This document shows positions 48,755 to 58,689 of a stretch of DNA of 63,675 nucleotides, piece by piece. Under the pieces are notes generated by a model, which ran no database searches, had not been told where the DNA came from, and saw nothing but the letters and a program-made list of their open reading frames with translations. The DNA comes from an uncultured SAR324 cluster bacterium (GTDB taxonomy: Bacteria; SAR324; NAC60-12). The position numbers and the translations under genes were made by a program. The stretch spans positions 1-63,675 of the forward strand of contig CACFAY010000005.1 in NCBI GenBank assembly GCA_902564345.1, written 5' to 3'. Each line of letters starts with the position of its first letter. The first letter of the stretch is position 1.

Positions 48755-50761
48755 TTAATTCAAAATTGTTTCGAACAAGTCCATGTGAGATTTGAAGGAG
48801 GAATCCCAATTAAAATTTTTAGCCTGTTCGGGACCACGCGTTCCAAGAGAATGCCGAAATTCTGAATCTTCACAAATTTTCCGGATTGATTCAGTTATTT
48901 CGTTTAGATCAGTTGGGTTAAAATAATGGACAGCTTCCCCCCCTATTTCAGGCAGACTGCAACGATTTGAGCTTAGAGTAGGACAGCCGCAAGCCATCGC
49001 CTCAAGTATCGGCAGTCCAAAACCCTCATATAAGCTTGGGAAAATAAAGGCCATAGCTTCAGTATAAAGATTTGGTAGCAAATTATCTGGGACATACCCA
49101 AGCCATACAACCCTGTTTTCAATTTTTAGTGAGTTGGCAAGGGTTTCTAATTTTAATTTATGTTCGCCAAATATTTTTCCAGATATTGCTAATTGAGGTC
49201 CATCAGGACATAAAGCCAATGACCTTATTACATTTTCAAGATTCTTATAAGGTCGTACTTCACCTACACACAATAGATAATCCTTGAGGTTATATTTTTT
49301 TTTGATCACTCCCGGAGAACATGGACGAAACCTATCTAAATCCACTCCTCCATGAATGACTATTAGTTTTTCAGCAGGAATGTTCGAATAGCGATTAAGA
49401 ACCTCCTGACGTGTAAATTCAGAAACACATACGACAGCAGTACTTCCCTTAATGACAGAAGGAAGAAAATATTCATAATAAGGTACCCAACGTGGAAGTA
49501 GACTGGGATAGTGGAAAGGCAGCAGATCGTGAACAGTAATAATTTGTGGGAGTCTAGGGAATAAAATTCCTTCTGCAATTGGAGAATATAGTAAATCGAG
49601 CTTGTCTTTAAAGCAAGCATATCGGAGACCAACCTGCTCCCAACTTAGTCGAATACTATTCGATCTGAAATTTGCAGGATAACGGAAAGGAGGAACCGCT
49701 CCAGTTGTTGATTCTGGGAACTCCATGCTCAATTCAGGTGATGCTGAGTATGCAATGCTTCTACCCCTTAATTGAGTCATAATTCTACGGATCAGTTCAT
49801 AGCTGTAACGACTTAACCCGGTTGGGTAGTCATGGATCAACAAACCATTTAGTCCGATTTTTTTTTGTGGCAATTGTTTCCAATTCTGTGAAAAAGTGGC
49901 AGGAAAAATAATCCTTGGTTCCGTGAGAATTGCAGAAAAATTATTCTTGATTGCCATAGCTCTTGATCTTTGCCAAAGCAATTTATGTTTCTCCTTTTTT
50001 AGTTTCCCTAGAATTTCTGCCATTCCCAACAATTCCATCATGCGTCGAGCAAAGTAAAATATAGTCCGAACGGAAATTCCGTAAAGATTTTTTATAGTTA
50101 GAAGCTTATTTTCTTTAAGTGACTGCAGGGACTCCAATATTACTAAATGTTCTTTAAGAGCAGAAATACCTCCTCCATCCATTTTTACAACGGGTTCTTT
50201 ATTCCAATAAAAACCACCTAATCCATTTTTGTGTAGACGACATACCCAGTCAAAATCCATGCTGATTCTGTATTGCAATTTAAACAATCCTGTTTTCTCA
50301 AAGACTTTTTTTCTTACGATCATGGATTGGTGATGATAGGGCATTCCCCTTCCCAGTGGAGGCGCTTTGAAGAAAAAAGGCTGTAATGCTGTTAATCGAA
50401 TATCACCACTTATTCGGTCTTCGAAAACTAAATCAGAGTGTACAAAAGATATTTCTGGATTAAAATTTATTATTTTTTCCGCTTCATGCAGATAATCCCT
50501 AGACAATAGGACGTCACCGCTATTAAGAAACATTACCAAGTCTCCATTTGCGTGAGATACTCCTTTATTAAATGCATCTGAAATTCCTTTGTCAGGTTCA
50601 GAGATATCGATTCCATCAAATTGACATAAATAATCCTTTGTTTTGGTGCATTTACCCCCGTTCACAACGATTTTTTCAATGCCTTCGACTCTTTTTAAAG
50701 AATTCAGAGTGCGTTTCAAATCCTCAAAATTATTATATGTAACAGTTATTATTGAAATCAT
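48755..50761 (-). CDS. Fused GT2 (N-terminal) and GT4 (C-terminal) glycosyltransferase
   Basis: ISIITVTYNN...LNSGD, and EGFGLPILEAMACGCP. Confidence 0.8.
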   Translation of the reverse strand: MISIITVTYNNFEDLKRTLNSLKRVEGIEKIVVNGGKCTKTKDYLCQFDGIDISEPDKGISDAFNKGVSHANGDLVMFLNSGDVLLSRDYLHEAEKIINFNPEISFVHSDLVFEDRISGDIRLTALQPFFFKAPPLGRGMPYHHQSMIVRKKVFEKTGLFKLQYRISMDFDWVCRLHKNGLGGFYWNKEPVVKMDGGGISALKEHLVILESLQSLKENKLLTIKNLYGISVRTIFYFARRMMELLGMAEILGKLKKEKHKLLWQRSRAMAIKNNFSAILTEPRIIFPATFSQNWKQLPQKKIGLNGLLIHDYPTGLSRYSYELIRRIMTQLRGRSIAYSASPELSMEFPESTTGAVPPFRYPANFRSNSIRLSWEQVGLRYACFKDKLDLLYSPIAEGILFPRLPQIITVHDLLPFHYPSLLPRWVPYYEYFLPSVIKGSTAVVCVSEFTRQEVLNRYSNIPAEKLIVIHGGVDLDRFRPCSPGVIKKKYNLKDYLLCVGEVRPYKNLENVIRSLALCPDGPQLAISGKIFGEHKLKLETLANSLKIENRVVWLGYVPDNLLPNLYTEAMAFIFPSLYEGFGLPILEAMACGCPTLSSNRCSLPEIGGEAVHYFNPTDLNEITESIRKICEDSEFRHSLGTRGPEQAKNFNWDSSFKSHMDLFETILN

Positions 50762-53370
50762 GCAACTCTTGAATTTGATGTATTATCTAATTTTATATTA
50801 GTCGATTCTTGCAGATGAAGCTTAATTAAATCACGAGTATAGCTTAACCAATCGTCCTTCATAGAAATATTTTGAAATGGTTGTTGCAATAATTCATACA
50901 TTCCTAAAGCCAAGCTATCTTTGCTGCCGGGGTCAACAAAAATGGTATTTGCTTCGGTTACTTCGACTAAACTTGAGTTACTGGCAGTCAATGTAGGAAT
51001 ACCATAACTTCGTGCCAAAGCCAAAGGAATACCAAATCCTTCATAGAGGCTAGGCATCAATACACCTGAACTGTTTTTTACCAATGAATGCATAACATCA
51101 TCTGGGACATAACTTATTTCTACTATATCACATTCTTCACTTGCTTGTTCCAGAGCATTTCCAATTACATTTGACCGCCAGTGTTTTGGGCCTACAATTG
51201 CTAACTTATAGTCAGAAACTTTAGCTTTGTAAATGTGGTGGAAGCGTGTAAATCCTTTAATTGTGTTTGCAGTGTTTTTCCGAGGGTCTGTGCTTCCAAG
51301 TAATAGAAAATATTTTCCCGGCGTTAATTCATTCTTTGTGTGGAGTTTGAAGTTTAATCTATTAGCAGAAAATTTCGTTTCAGATGATGAATTATTTTGT
51401 TTAAGGGGTAATAATCTCGAGTAAACAGGGAATGGAAGTTCTTCACTTTCAGTATGATTTAGAAAATCCAGAGCGCTTGCTCTGGAAATTGTCAAAGCTA
51501 GTGATGAAAAATTCCTGATGCTCCTTAAATATTCATAAGTAAACCATGTATCTAATCCTCTAACAACCAGTTCTGGAAATAGAGCAGGTATCAAATCGTA
51601 AATTAGATATGAAATTTTTACCTTTGGTGAGGATTCTTTAAGTTTTTTATAACATCTTCGAATGTCATACTGACTCGTCACAAAAAACCAGTCTGTATCA
51701 GAGACTAACTTACAGAAATCCATAGGAGTTATATTATATTTCATTGATTCCAAATCAAATCCCCATAGGTCATTCCCAGATATGCCAGTTTCCTTACTGA
51801 TTTCCAGCTCAACTTGTTGCAGTAATTTCGGAGAACAATTAAAAGTAGGTTTGAAGAAGCTAAAATACTTTGTTGAGTTAGGTAAAATAGGAATAGCAAT
51901 AATTTCCACAATGTCAGCTAATTCTGATCTCAATAAAGCTAATGATTTTAATAATTGAAAGTTAACTTCTTGGATGCCTGTTTTTACCAGTTTTTTAGGA
52001 TCAATGGATAGATTGTGGACATCTATACAGATTTTCAAACGGTTTGGAGTTCGGTGCAGATTACTACTTTCATGATTGAGATTTTTCTTAAATGAAGTGA
52101 AAGTCTCCACCCAGCGCTCAAGAATATTTTGCCATTCTTGACGTATTTCTTTGTTACGGGCATAAAACGAAATTGGTTTTCCCTTAAAAGAATCCTGATT
52201 GGAAGCATGTTGTGCAAGTGCAAGAGCTAAAGTATCTGGAGAATCCACCGGAACGTAAGTGGCGTCAAATCCAGCAGCTTCCGGAAGTGAACTGTTGTGA
52301 CAAGTGATGACTTTTGTACCTAATTCACGAGCCAGAGAAAGCGGCATTCCGAATCCTTCATAACGCGAGGGCATGATCAAAGCATTAGCATGACGTATCA
52401 ATTGCTCTATCTCTGCTCGAGGTAAATATCCAGGCAAGATAAAGTATTCTTGCTTATCCTGAATTTTTTTTGACAATATTTTATCTTCATTACTCCACCC
52501 TGAGGCTCCAATTAAGACCATCTTGAAATTTTCGGCCAATTTAGGGAATATTTGCTTAAATCGCAAAAATCCATTAATTGCCAAACTAAGATTTTTACGG
52601 GGTTCAATAGTTCCTAAACATATAAAATAAAAGTTTTTAGCTATATCAAAGCTTTTCAAAAAGGATGGCTTTTCTTCCACAATTAATGGAATTTCTGAAG
52701 GTAATGGAGTTGCAATTATAGAGACATGAGTGCCTAAAATTGTTCCAAGTTCGTTCATGCAGTCAAAGGCGGTGTGACGTGAAATCGTAAACAAGACATC
52801 GGCAAAATGGCGAATTCCTAAAATATGTGTGCAAAAAAACCAATGTGGCATTCCATCAGCAACTAATTCAGTTCTAATTAGTGCTACTATATCATAAACT
52901 AATACCGCAATTCTTAAACTTGGATTAAGCCTCTTCGCTTCTTCTGCAACGTGGCGAAATTCACTCAATGGTATAAAAACCAGCCAATCTAAAGTAGAAA
53001 CAATTTTGTAAAATTTCTCTTCTGTCCAATTTTGACTATCTTCCATTGTTTTGTCATTCCAAAGTTCTTGTAAAGGCACCCCTAGTTCTTCTGAAACTGA
53101 TTTTAAGACAAACGAAGAATTGTTTACATTTGTATCCATTAAATTCGTGAAGCGTGACCATGACTCTGGAGGTTTAGGAAGCATAGGTATAGGTATGAGT
53201 TCAATTGGAATATTTTTAGTCTTATTTCTCATCAAGTATTGAGCTTCCAACAAGTTAAAAACTACTTGCTGAATTCCTGTACGAACATTCGAGTCTGTTT
53301 TCAAAGATAAATTATGAAGATCTATGCCTATTTTCACATTTTCCGTTTTAAAATGGTTTGGTTTGATCAT
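50758..53370 (-). CDS. Tandem double GT4 glycosyltransferase (WbdA-like architecture)
   Basis: Two GT4 EX7E regions (YEGFGMPLSLARELG and YEGFGIPLALARSYG). Confidence 0.8.
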   Translation of the reverse strand: MIKPNHFKTENVKIGIDLHNLSLKTDSNVRTGIQQVVFNLLEAQYLMRNKTKNIPIELIPIPMLPKPPESWSRFTNLMDTNVNNSSFVLKSVSEELGVPLQELWNDKTMEDSQNWTEEKFYKIVSTLDWLVFIPLSEFRHVAEEAKRLNPSLRIAVLVYDIVALIRTELVADGMPHWFFCTHILGIRHFADVLFTISRHTAFDCMNELGTILGTHVSIIATPLPSEIPLIVEEKPSFLKSFDIAKNFYFICLGTIEPRKNLSLAINGFLRFKQIFPKLAENFKMVLIGASGWSNEDKILSKKIQDKQEYFILPGYLPRAEIEQLIRHANALIMPSRYEGFGMPLSLARELGTKVITCHNSSLPEAAGFDATYVPVDSPDTLALALAQHASNQDSFKGKPISFYARNKEIRQEWQNILERWVETFTSFKKNLNHESSNLHRTPNRLKICIDVHNLSIDPKKLVKTGIQEVNFQLLKSLALLRSELADIVEIIAIPILPNSTKYFSFFKPTFNCSPKLLQQVELEISKETGISGNDLWGFDLESMKYNITPMDFCKLVSDTDWFFVTSQYDIRRCYKKLKESSPKVKISYLIYDLIPALFPELVVRGLDTWFTYEYLRSIRNFSSLALTISRASALDFLNHTESEELPFPVYSRLLPLKQNNSSSETKFSANRLNFKLHTKNELTPGKYFLLLGSTDPRKNTANTIKGFTRFHHIYKAKVSDYKLAIVGPKHWRSNVIGNALEQASEECDIVEISYVPDDVMHSLVKNSSGVLMPSLYEGFGIPLALARSYGIPTLTASNSSLVEVTEANTIFVDPGSKDSLALGMYELLQQPFQNISMKDDWLSYTRDLIKLHLQESTNIKLDNTSNSRVA

Positions 53371-53441
53371 TAGTCTATGTTAGTATTTAGAAAATATTTA
53401 TTAAACTTATTTTTTTATTTATATTTTAAGAGTTTACCCCT

Positions 53442-54284
53442 ATGGCAAAACTCCCAAGGCAGCTCTCGTTTGCTCGCCCTTTAATTTTTTTTATTCGAAG
53501 AATTATTTGGAAATTTTTAGGAGCTTCAGACACTGCTGCTATTATAGAAGAAATAACTCTTTTCCCTCGTTCACAACCAGTCGACAATAGAATGGCAGCG
53601 CTTTGGGAAAGACTAAATATTCTAGAGTCACATATTAATTGGCGACTTCATGGTCTCCCTCCTCGTTTAGTAAATATCAAATTAGAGCAAGCAAGCCTAA
53701 TTGCAGGTTCTGGAGAAATTGAAGCTGCACTAGAAACTTTTAAAAAACATTATCCAATCCCACCCTCACTTCCAGAATTAATGATCAATATAGTTTCACA
53801 GGCAAAATCTATATTTATGTTCCCGGGAGACAACAATCATGAATGGAATGCAGTTCGTACACATTTACACTCTGACGCAAAAGTCACAATTATTGACGAT
53901 ACATCTGATCTTTTTCGCTATAATGATGACAATGAACTTGTTGAGAGCGAGCAGGTAACGGTTCTCAGATCTTCAGCAATTGATGCATCAGCTAGGCTAG
54001 TCAAACAAGAATTTGATTTGATTTGGATTTCCTCAATAATAGAACGCCTTACTCCAATACAAGCAATGATTATGCTCAGTCGAGCGAGTTCAGCACTATC
54101 ACCAGGAGGGTCTTTTACAGGGATGATATTATCGCAGAAAAATGAAGTTAGTTGGCTGGATCCAAGATTTAAAAACCAATTTAACCTAAAACAGATTGAA
54201 TTACTTTTCCAATACAGCGGAATTGAATCTGTTAAATTTGAATCTTGGGGTGATTACAAATTATTCCATGCCAAAAAAAATTAA
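53442..54284 (+). CDS. Methyltransferase-fold protein with N-terminal helical region
   Basis: FDLIWISSIIERL and LSPGGSF resemble class I MTase motifs II/III. Motif I is degenerate. Confidence 0.4.
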   Translation: MAKLPRQLSFARPLIFFIRRIIWKFLGASDTAAIIEEITLFPRSQPVDNRMAALWERLNILESHINWRLHGLPPRLVNIKLEQASLIAGSGEIEAALETFKKHYPIPPSLPELMINIVSQAKSIFMFPGDNNHEWNAVRTHLHSDAKVTIIDDTSDLFRYNDDNELVESEQVTVLRSSAIDASARLVKQEFDLIWISSIIERLTPIQAMIMLSRASSALSPGGSFTGMILSQKNEVSWLDPRFKNQFNLKQIELLFQYSGIESVKFESWGDYKLFHAKKN

Positions 54285-54294
54285 TCCTGTTCTT

Positions 54295-56601
54295 TCAAAA
54301 AAAAACTCTTACCCCTAATTCTCTACCATCCGTGCTTTTCTGATCAAGTTCTTTAGGTATAATAGTTCTGTCTGTTTTAAGTGAAATTAACCATATTTGA
54401 TGTGGTCGTAATTTTATGGGCAATTGATGAATGACTTCTGGATTGCTAAAAACAAGCTCTTTCCTAGCGGAATTCTTTGTAAATGGTTTTTTTATCATTT
54501 GTTGTATAATTTTTTCTGAGAAATTAGGAGGTATTTCATTCGAAATAGATTCCATTTCTAGAAATAATTTCACTGGATGATTTTCATTTAACCCTGGTAG
54601 TGGCATTTGAAGCCTAACTCCGTGTGGTTGGTTTTTTATGTTTGGATGGTATAGAAGAAAATTACATTGCTTCTTACACCATCGTCCAACTTTCACTCCG
54701 TCCTCACCTATTCCTCCAAATTCCCAAGAATACATACCATTTTCAGCTAACATAACGGAATTTGTTTGGCCATGCGGTTGATGCAATGCGAAACTAACTA
54801 ACCTTTGAGAATGGTAAATTTTATTTTGGCTTTCATACCAAAATTGATTTGGTTTCCATATAGAACCATTTTTAAGAAATATTGCATTCTTTTGTATCCA
54901 TATATCTGGGAATTTTTTAGAGGTTATAAATTTTCTTTTTTCAAATAGATTGTGTTCACTCCAAAAAATAGAGTATTCTCTATTACGCCTATCAGGAACA
55001 GCTGCAATTACTCCCACTGGCCGAAACCAACGATTAAATGCCTGTTGTGTTGGTTCAAAAGTGCTACCTCCCCAAGAAATAGATGAAGCATAATAAAATG
55101 CGCTCAAAACTCCCATTGAACCAACCCCTATCATAATCCAGGCAAGTTTATTAGTTTTTAATTTTTGATTACCATTGTTATTTGAAGGCCTAAAATGATT
55201 TATTGGAGAGAGGTTGTTGAGACTATAAGGATAACTATTTCCACCAAAACAAATTCCTGCAAAGGCTGCAAACTGCAAATATACTGGAAGAATATAATCA
55301 ATTTCTTGCAATATACTGGCAACAAAAAATCCAATCGTCAGAAATAATCCTCCAATCTTTAAGGATGGTTGATGAGAATTTTTATAAATCAACGTCGTTA
55401 TTACCAAAACACCAAGAATTATTACTATTGCAACCGCATGAATTACTCCCAGTTCAAAAATTAGTTGTATCCAAAGGTTGTGAGCCGTGTCAAAACTAAT
55501 ATTTTTAGACCCAGGAAGTATAGAAAATTCACGCAACCACGTTCCATATCCTGTTCCTAACCAAAAATTTTCTTGGATAGATTCATGCCAAGCTATATTC
55601 CACATATTAAATCTTTCAATAGATAAAAACCTGTCAGGAGATAAGAGATGAAAAAATTCTGGACGAACCACAAAACCTACATTTTGCAAAAAATTCAAAA
55701 AAATCTGTATGCGTGATGAATTGAAAACCAAATAACATATTGCTATTAATCCGATACTAGGTATAAGCAAACTATATATCTTTGACCAATTTTTACTAAT
55801 ACGATATAAAAACAAAATGATTAATGTAGAAATGAAAACTCCAATAATTAAATATCCCCCCCTTTGCATTACAGAAATAGAAGCCCAAGCACAAATACAA
55901 AACAGTATTAATCCAATTCCTTTTAAAATCCATTTTTTAGAGAAAATAGATGCTAAACTCATCCCCATAATAGGAGTAAGCCATGGCCATAGCCAACTAG
56001 GATTTGCTATAATCCCCTTACCTCGTTGAATTTCATAGGGGCTATAGACAAAATTATGTCCTGTCAAACTAAATTTGGGATCATAGTAAATTGGAATTAT
56101 CACACTAATCGCAATAAATACAGCAGGTATTGCCAATGGTATCACTAGCCAAGGGCGCAAGACACCAGTCATTCGTGAGAGGGCCGCAAATCCTATGAAA
56201 ACCGAAAGTGCTGTAATATGAAACAAAATTTGCCGTAGTCCATGATGTGATTTGAATGGGAGTTGGAGCAAACATTCAAGTTTTGCGAAATATCCAGGCA
56301 TCCAAATACATCTTCTAGATGGAATCGTTTCTGAGTCATTCCATCCAAATAAATATCGAATGGCTAGTGTTCCAATTAGAAAAAATAAAATTCCACTAAG
56401 AATCCACTCTCTTTGTGTAAGGGTTTTACCTACGAACAAGCTGTTTGCTACTGATAAGAAAGAAACGCCAATCAGAAGTGTTTCGGATATTCCTGGGAAA
56501 TTATAATCTGGATTTGTAGCATTAAAGACAGTAGTTAAAAGTGCAATGCTGAAAGCTAAAGAACTAACCCAAATTAATACTTGATGTTTATAGTCTATCA
56601 C
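54295..56601 (-). CDS. O-antigen ligase/polymerase (Wzy_C) family protein with ~290-aa C-terminal domain
   Basis: Polytopic N-terminal ~470 aa with TAHNLWIQLIFELGVIH. Soluble C-terminal domain. Confidence 0.65.
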   Translation of the reverse strand: MIDYKHQVLIWVSSLAFSIALLTTVFNATNPDYNFPGISETLLIGVSFLSVANSLFVGKTLTQREWILSGILFFLIGTLAIRYLFGWNDSETIPSRRCIWMPGYFAKLECLLQLPFKSHHGLRQILFHITALSVFIGFAALSRMTGVLRPWLVIPLAIPAVFIAISVIIPIYYDPKFSLTGHNFVYSPYEIQRGKGIIANPSWLWPWLTPIMGMSLASIFSKKWILKGIGLILFCICAWASISVMQRGGYLIIGVFISTLIILFLYRISKNWSKIYSLLIPSIGLIAICYLVFNSSRIQIFLNFLQNVGFVVRPEFFHLLSPDRFLSIERFNMWNIAWHESIQENFWLGTGYGTWLREFSILPGSKNISFDTAHNLWIQLIFELGVIHAVAIVIILGVLVITTLIYKNSHQPSLKIGGLFLTIGFFVASILQEIDYILPVYLQFAAFAGICFGGNSYPYSLNNLSPINHFRPSNNNGNQKLKTNKLAWIMIGVGSMGVLSAFYYASSISWGGSTFEPTQQAFNRWFRPVGVIAAVPDRRNREYSIFWSEHNLFEKRKFITSKKFPDIWIQKNAIFLKNGSIWKPNQFWYESQNKIYHSQRLVSFALHQPHGQTNSVMLAENGMYSWEFGGIGEDGVKVGRWCKKQCNFLLYHPNIKNQPHGVRLQMPLPGLNENHPVKLFLEMESISNEIPPNFSEKIIQQMIKKPFTKNSARKELVFSNPEVIHQLPIKLRPHQIWLISLKTDRTIIPKELDQKSTDGRELGVRVFF

Positions 56602-57398
56602 TAGATTCGTTCAGCAATTCGAGTGTGAAATTTTCGTACGATCATCAATGAAATTATAATAAAGATAACTGTCATACAAAGTGTAGCTATCAAAATGCCA
56701 GTATTGATTATCTTACCAAAAAAAACTGCTTCAGCATTCATTTGAATTAGTTGTGTTAAAGGAGAGAGCATCAACACTTTTTGAAGTTTTTCAGGTAGAA
56801 TTGAAATGGGATATGTAACAGGAATTGTAAAAAAGAGAGCAAATGATAAAGTATTAACTAAATATTGAATATCTCTATAAAATGCTCCAAGGACACTTAT
56901 ACCTAGAACAATACTCAACATGAAAAACATTGCAATTGGAATTAAGAAAAATAATTGCAAAGAGTAAAATGTTGGAGAAAGTCCTCTTAATAAGCTGAAT
57001 CCGAACAGAAGAGGTAACGTTAATAGGTAATTTAAAAAATGGGTTAAGACAACTTTTATAGGGAATATTTCCGGAGGTAAGGCTGCCTTAGTTATCAATG
57101 CTGTGTTTTGCACAATGCAAGCAGCCCCATCATTAAGGCATCCACTTATGGCATTCCACATCAATATCCCAGAAAAGACGTAAACTTCATAATGAGAGAT
57201 ATTTGTTTTGAAAATCGAAGTAAAAACAACTGAGTAAATAACCATCAAAATTAGTGGGTTCATAAAAGTCCAGAAAAATCCTAGTAACGAACCTTTGTAT
57301 CGTACTTTGAGTTCTCTTATGGCTAGAGCCCAAATTATTCGTCGTCTCTGGTATAAACTTCCGAATAGTTTCCGATTAAACTCAAACAGGGGAGTCAT
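56601..57398 (-). CDS. wzm: ABC-2 type polysaccharide export permease
   Basis: IRELKVRYKGSLLGFFWTFMNPL, six TM segments. Confidence 0.85.
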   Translation of the reverse strand: MTPLFEFNRKLFGSLYQRRRIIWALAIRELKVRYKGSLLGFFWTFMNPLILMVIYSVVFTSIFKTNISHYEVYVFSGILMWNAISGCLNDGAACIVQNTALITKAALPPEIFPIKVVLTHFLNYLLTLPLLFGFSLLRGLSPTFYSLQLFFLIPIAMFFMLSIVLGISVLGAFYRDIQYLVNTLSFALFFTIPVTYPISILPEKLQKVLMLSPLTQLIQMNAEAVFFGKIINTGILIATLCMTVIFIIISLMIVRKFHTRIAERI

Positions 57399-58689
57399 TT
57401 TGCACTCCTATTTTGAAAGGAAGATTGATAAGGCCCCTTTGATTTTCGTCTTGATGAATTATTAAATTAAATTTTAGAATAATGATGCCTTGGTGGTGGG
57501 TAGTCTGCGATATAACAAGTAAATGATATTCTTCTTGTGCAAGATTTGACAAGTCAGGACAATCCAGTTTGTAAAACTCATTTTCTGAATTACTTAATGA
57601 TTCATAAGAAGATACTCTTAGAGTCACATTCTTTTCAAATAATGTAATAGTCTCTTCTTTATTCAGGAGACGAAAAATTAGATTTTCGCCAATTGAAATA
57701 ATTCTATGATCAAAAACCATATGTAATCCAGGATATTCAGGATTCAGTTCAAGAATTTTACACATTTTTTCTTCACTAGTTTGTCCTTCTACTTGGCTAA
57801 CTTTTCCCCATTTTACGGAAGACTCTAATTCTGGATATGAAGAGAAGAAAATCTGGGTATCACTCAAATCATCTTTTTGCCTTTCAGAATCAACGTCTTT
57901 CTGATAGATCTTCGTAGCTTCTGCAGGAGGTCCATCAAAAACAATTTCTCCACTTTTCAAGTAAATAACCCGTGTTGCCCAAGATCTAACTTTATCAAGA
58001 TCATGAGTGACTAGGATAATAGTTTTTTTTTCGCTTTTGAATTCGTCTAGTTTTTTTTGACATTTATGTTGAAAATCAGAATCTCCAACACCCAGAATTT
58101 CATCAATCAAAAGAATGTCTGGATCAACATTTACCGCAACACTAAACGCCAGACGCATGTACATACCGCTACTGTAAACGCGCACCGGTGAATCCATAAA
58201 TTGCTCAATTCCAGCAAACTCTACAATTTCTTCATATCGTTTTTTCAGATAAGCTTTGGAAAGTCCAAGTATTTGACCGTTTACAAAAACATTTTCTCGG
58301 CCACTGAATTCTGGATGGAATCCTGCCCCCAATTCAATTAACGGACTTATTCGACCGTCTATTTCCATTTTTCCACTATCTTGAAAATAAATCCCAGCTA
58401 TGAGTTTGAGTAAAGTACTTTTTCCACACCCATTACGACCAATTATTGCTACTGTTTCACCTCTATCAATGGTCAGCGAAATGTTTTTGAGGACATTAAT
58501 AATGGGGGAGGAGCTTTCTTGTTCAAGTTTCTGATCAAAATTTTCATATTGAGGAGGTTCACGTAAATCTACGAATTTTAACCAATGCAACGAGTAACGT
58601 AAAAATCTAACAAAGGCTTCTTTCAATGTAAAATCATCTCTCTGGTAACGTAAATCAAAAGATTTGTTGATTCTCTCCAAATTAATCAT
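57382..58689 (-). CDS. wzt: Polysaccharide ABC exporter ATPase with C-terminal substrate-binding-type extension
   Basis: GRNGCGKST, SSGMYMRLAFSVA, LLIDE. About 180 extra C-terminal residues. Confidence 0.85.
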   Translation of the reverse strand: MINLERINKSFDLRYQRDDFTLKEAFVRFLRYSLHWLKFVDLREPPQYENFDQKLEQESSSPIINVLKNISLTIDRGETVAIIGRNGCGKSTLLKLIAGIYFQDSGKMEIDGRISPLIELGAGFHPEFSGRENVFVNGQILGLSKAYLKKRYEEIVEFAGIEQFMDSPVRVYSSGMYMRLAFSVAVNVDPDILLIDEILGVGDSDFQHKCQKKLDEFKSEKKTIILVTHDLDKVRSWATRVIYLKSGEIVFDGPPAEATKIYQKDVDSERQKDDLSDTQIFFSSYPELESSVKWGKVSQVEGQTSEEKMCKILELNPEYPGLHMVFDHRIISIGENLIFRLLNKEETITLFEKNVTLRVSSYESLSNSENEFYKLDCPDLSNLAQEEYHLLVISQTTHHQGIIILKFNLIIHQDENQRGLINLPFKIGVQNDSPV

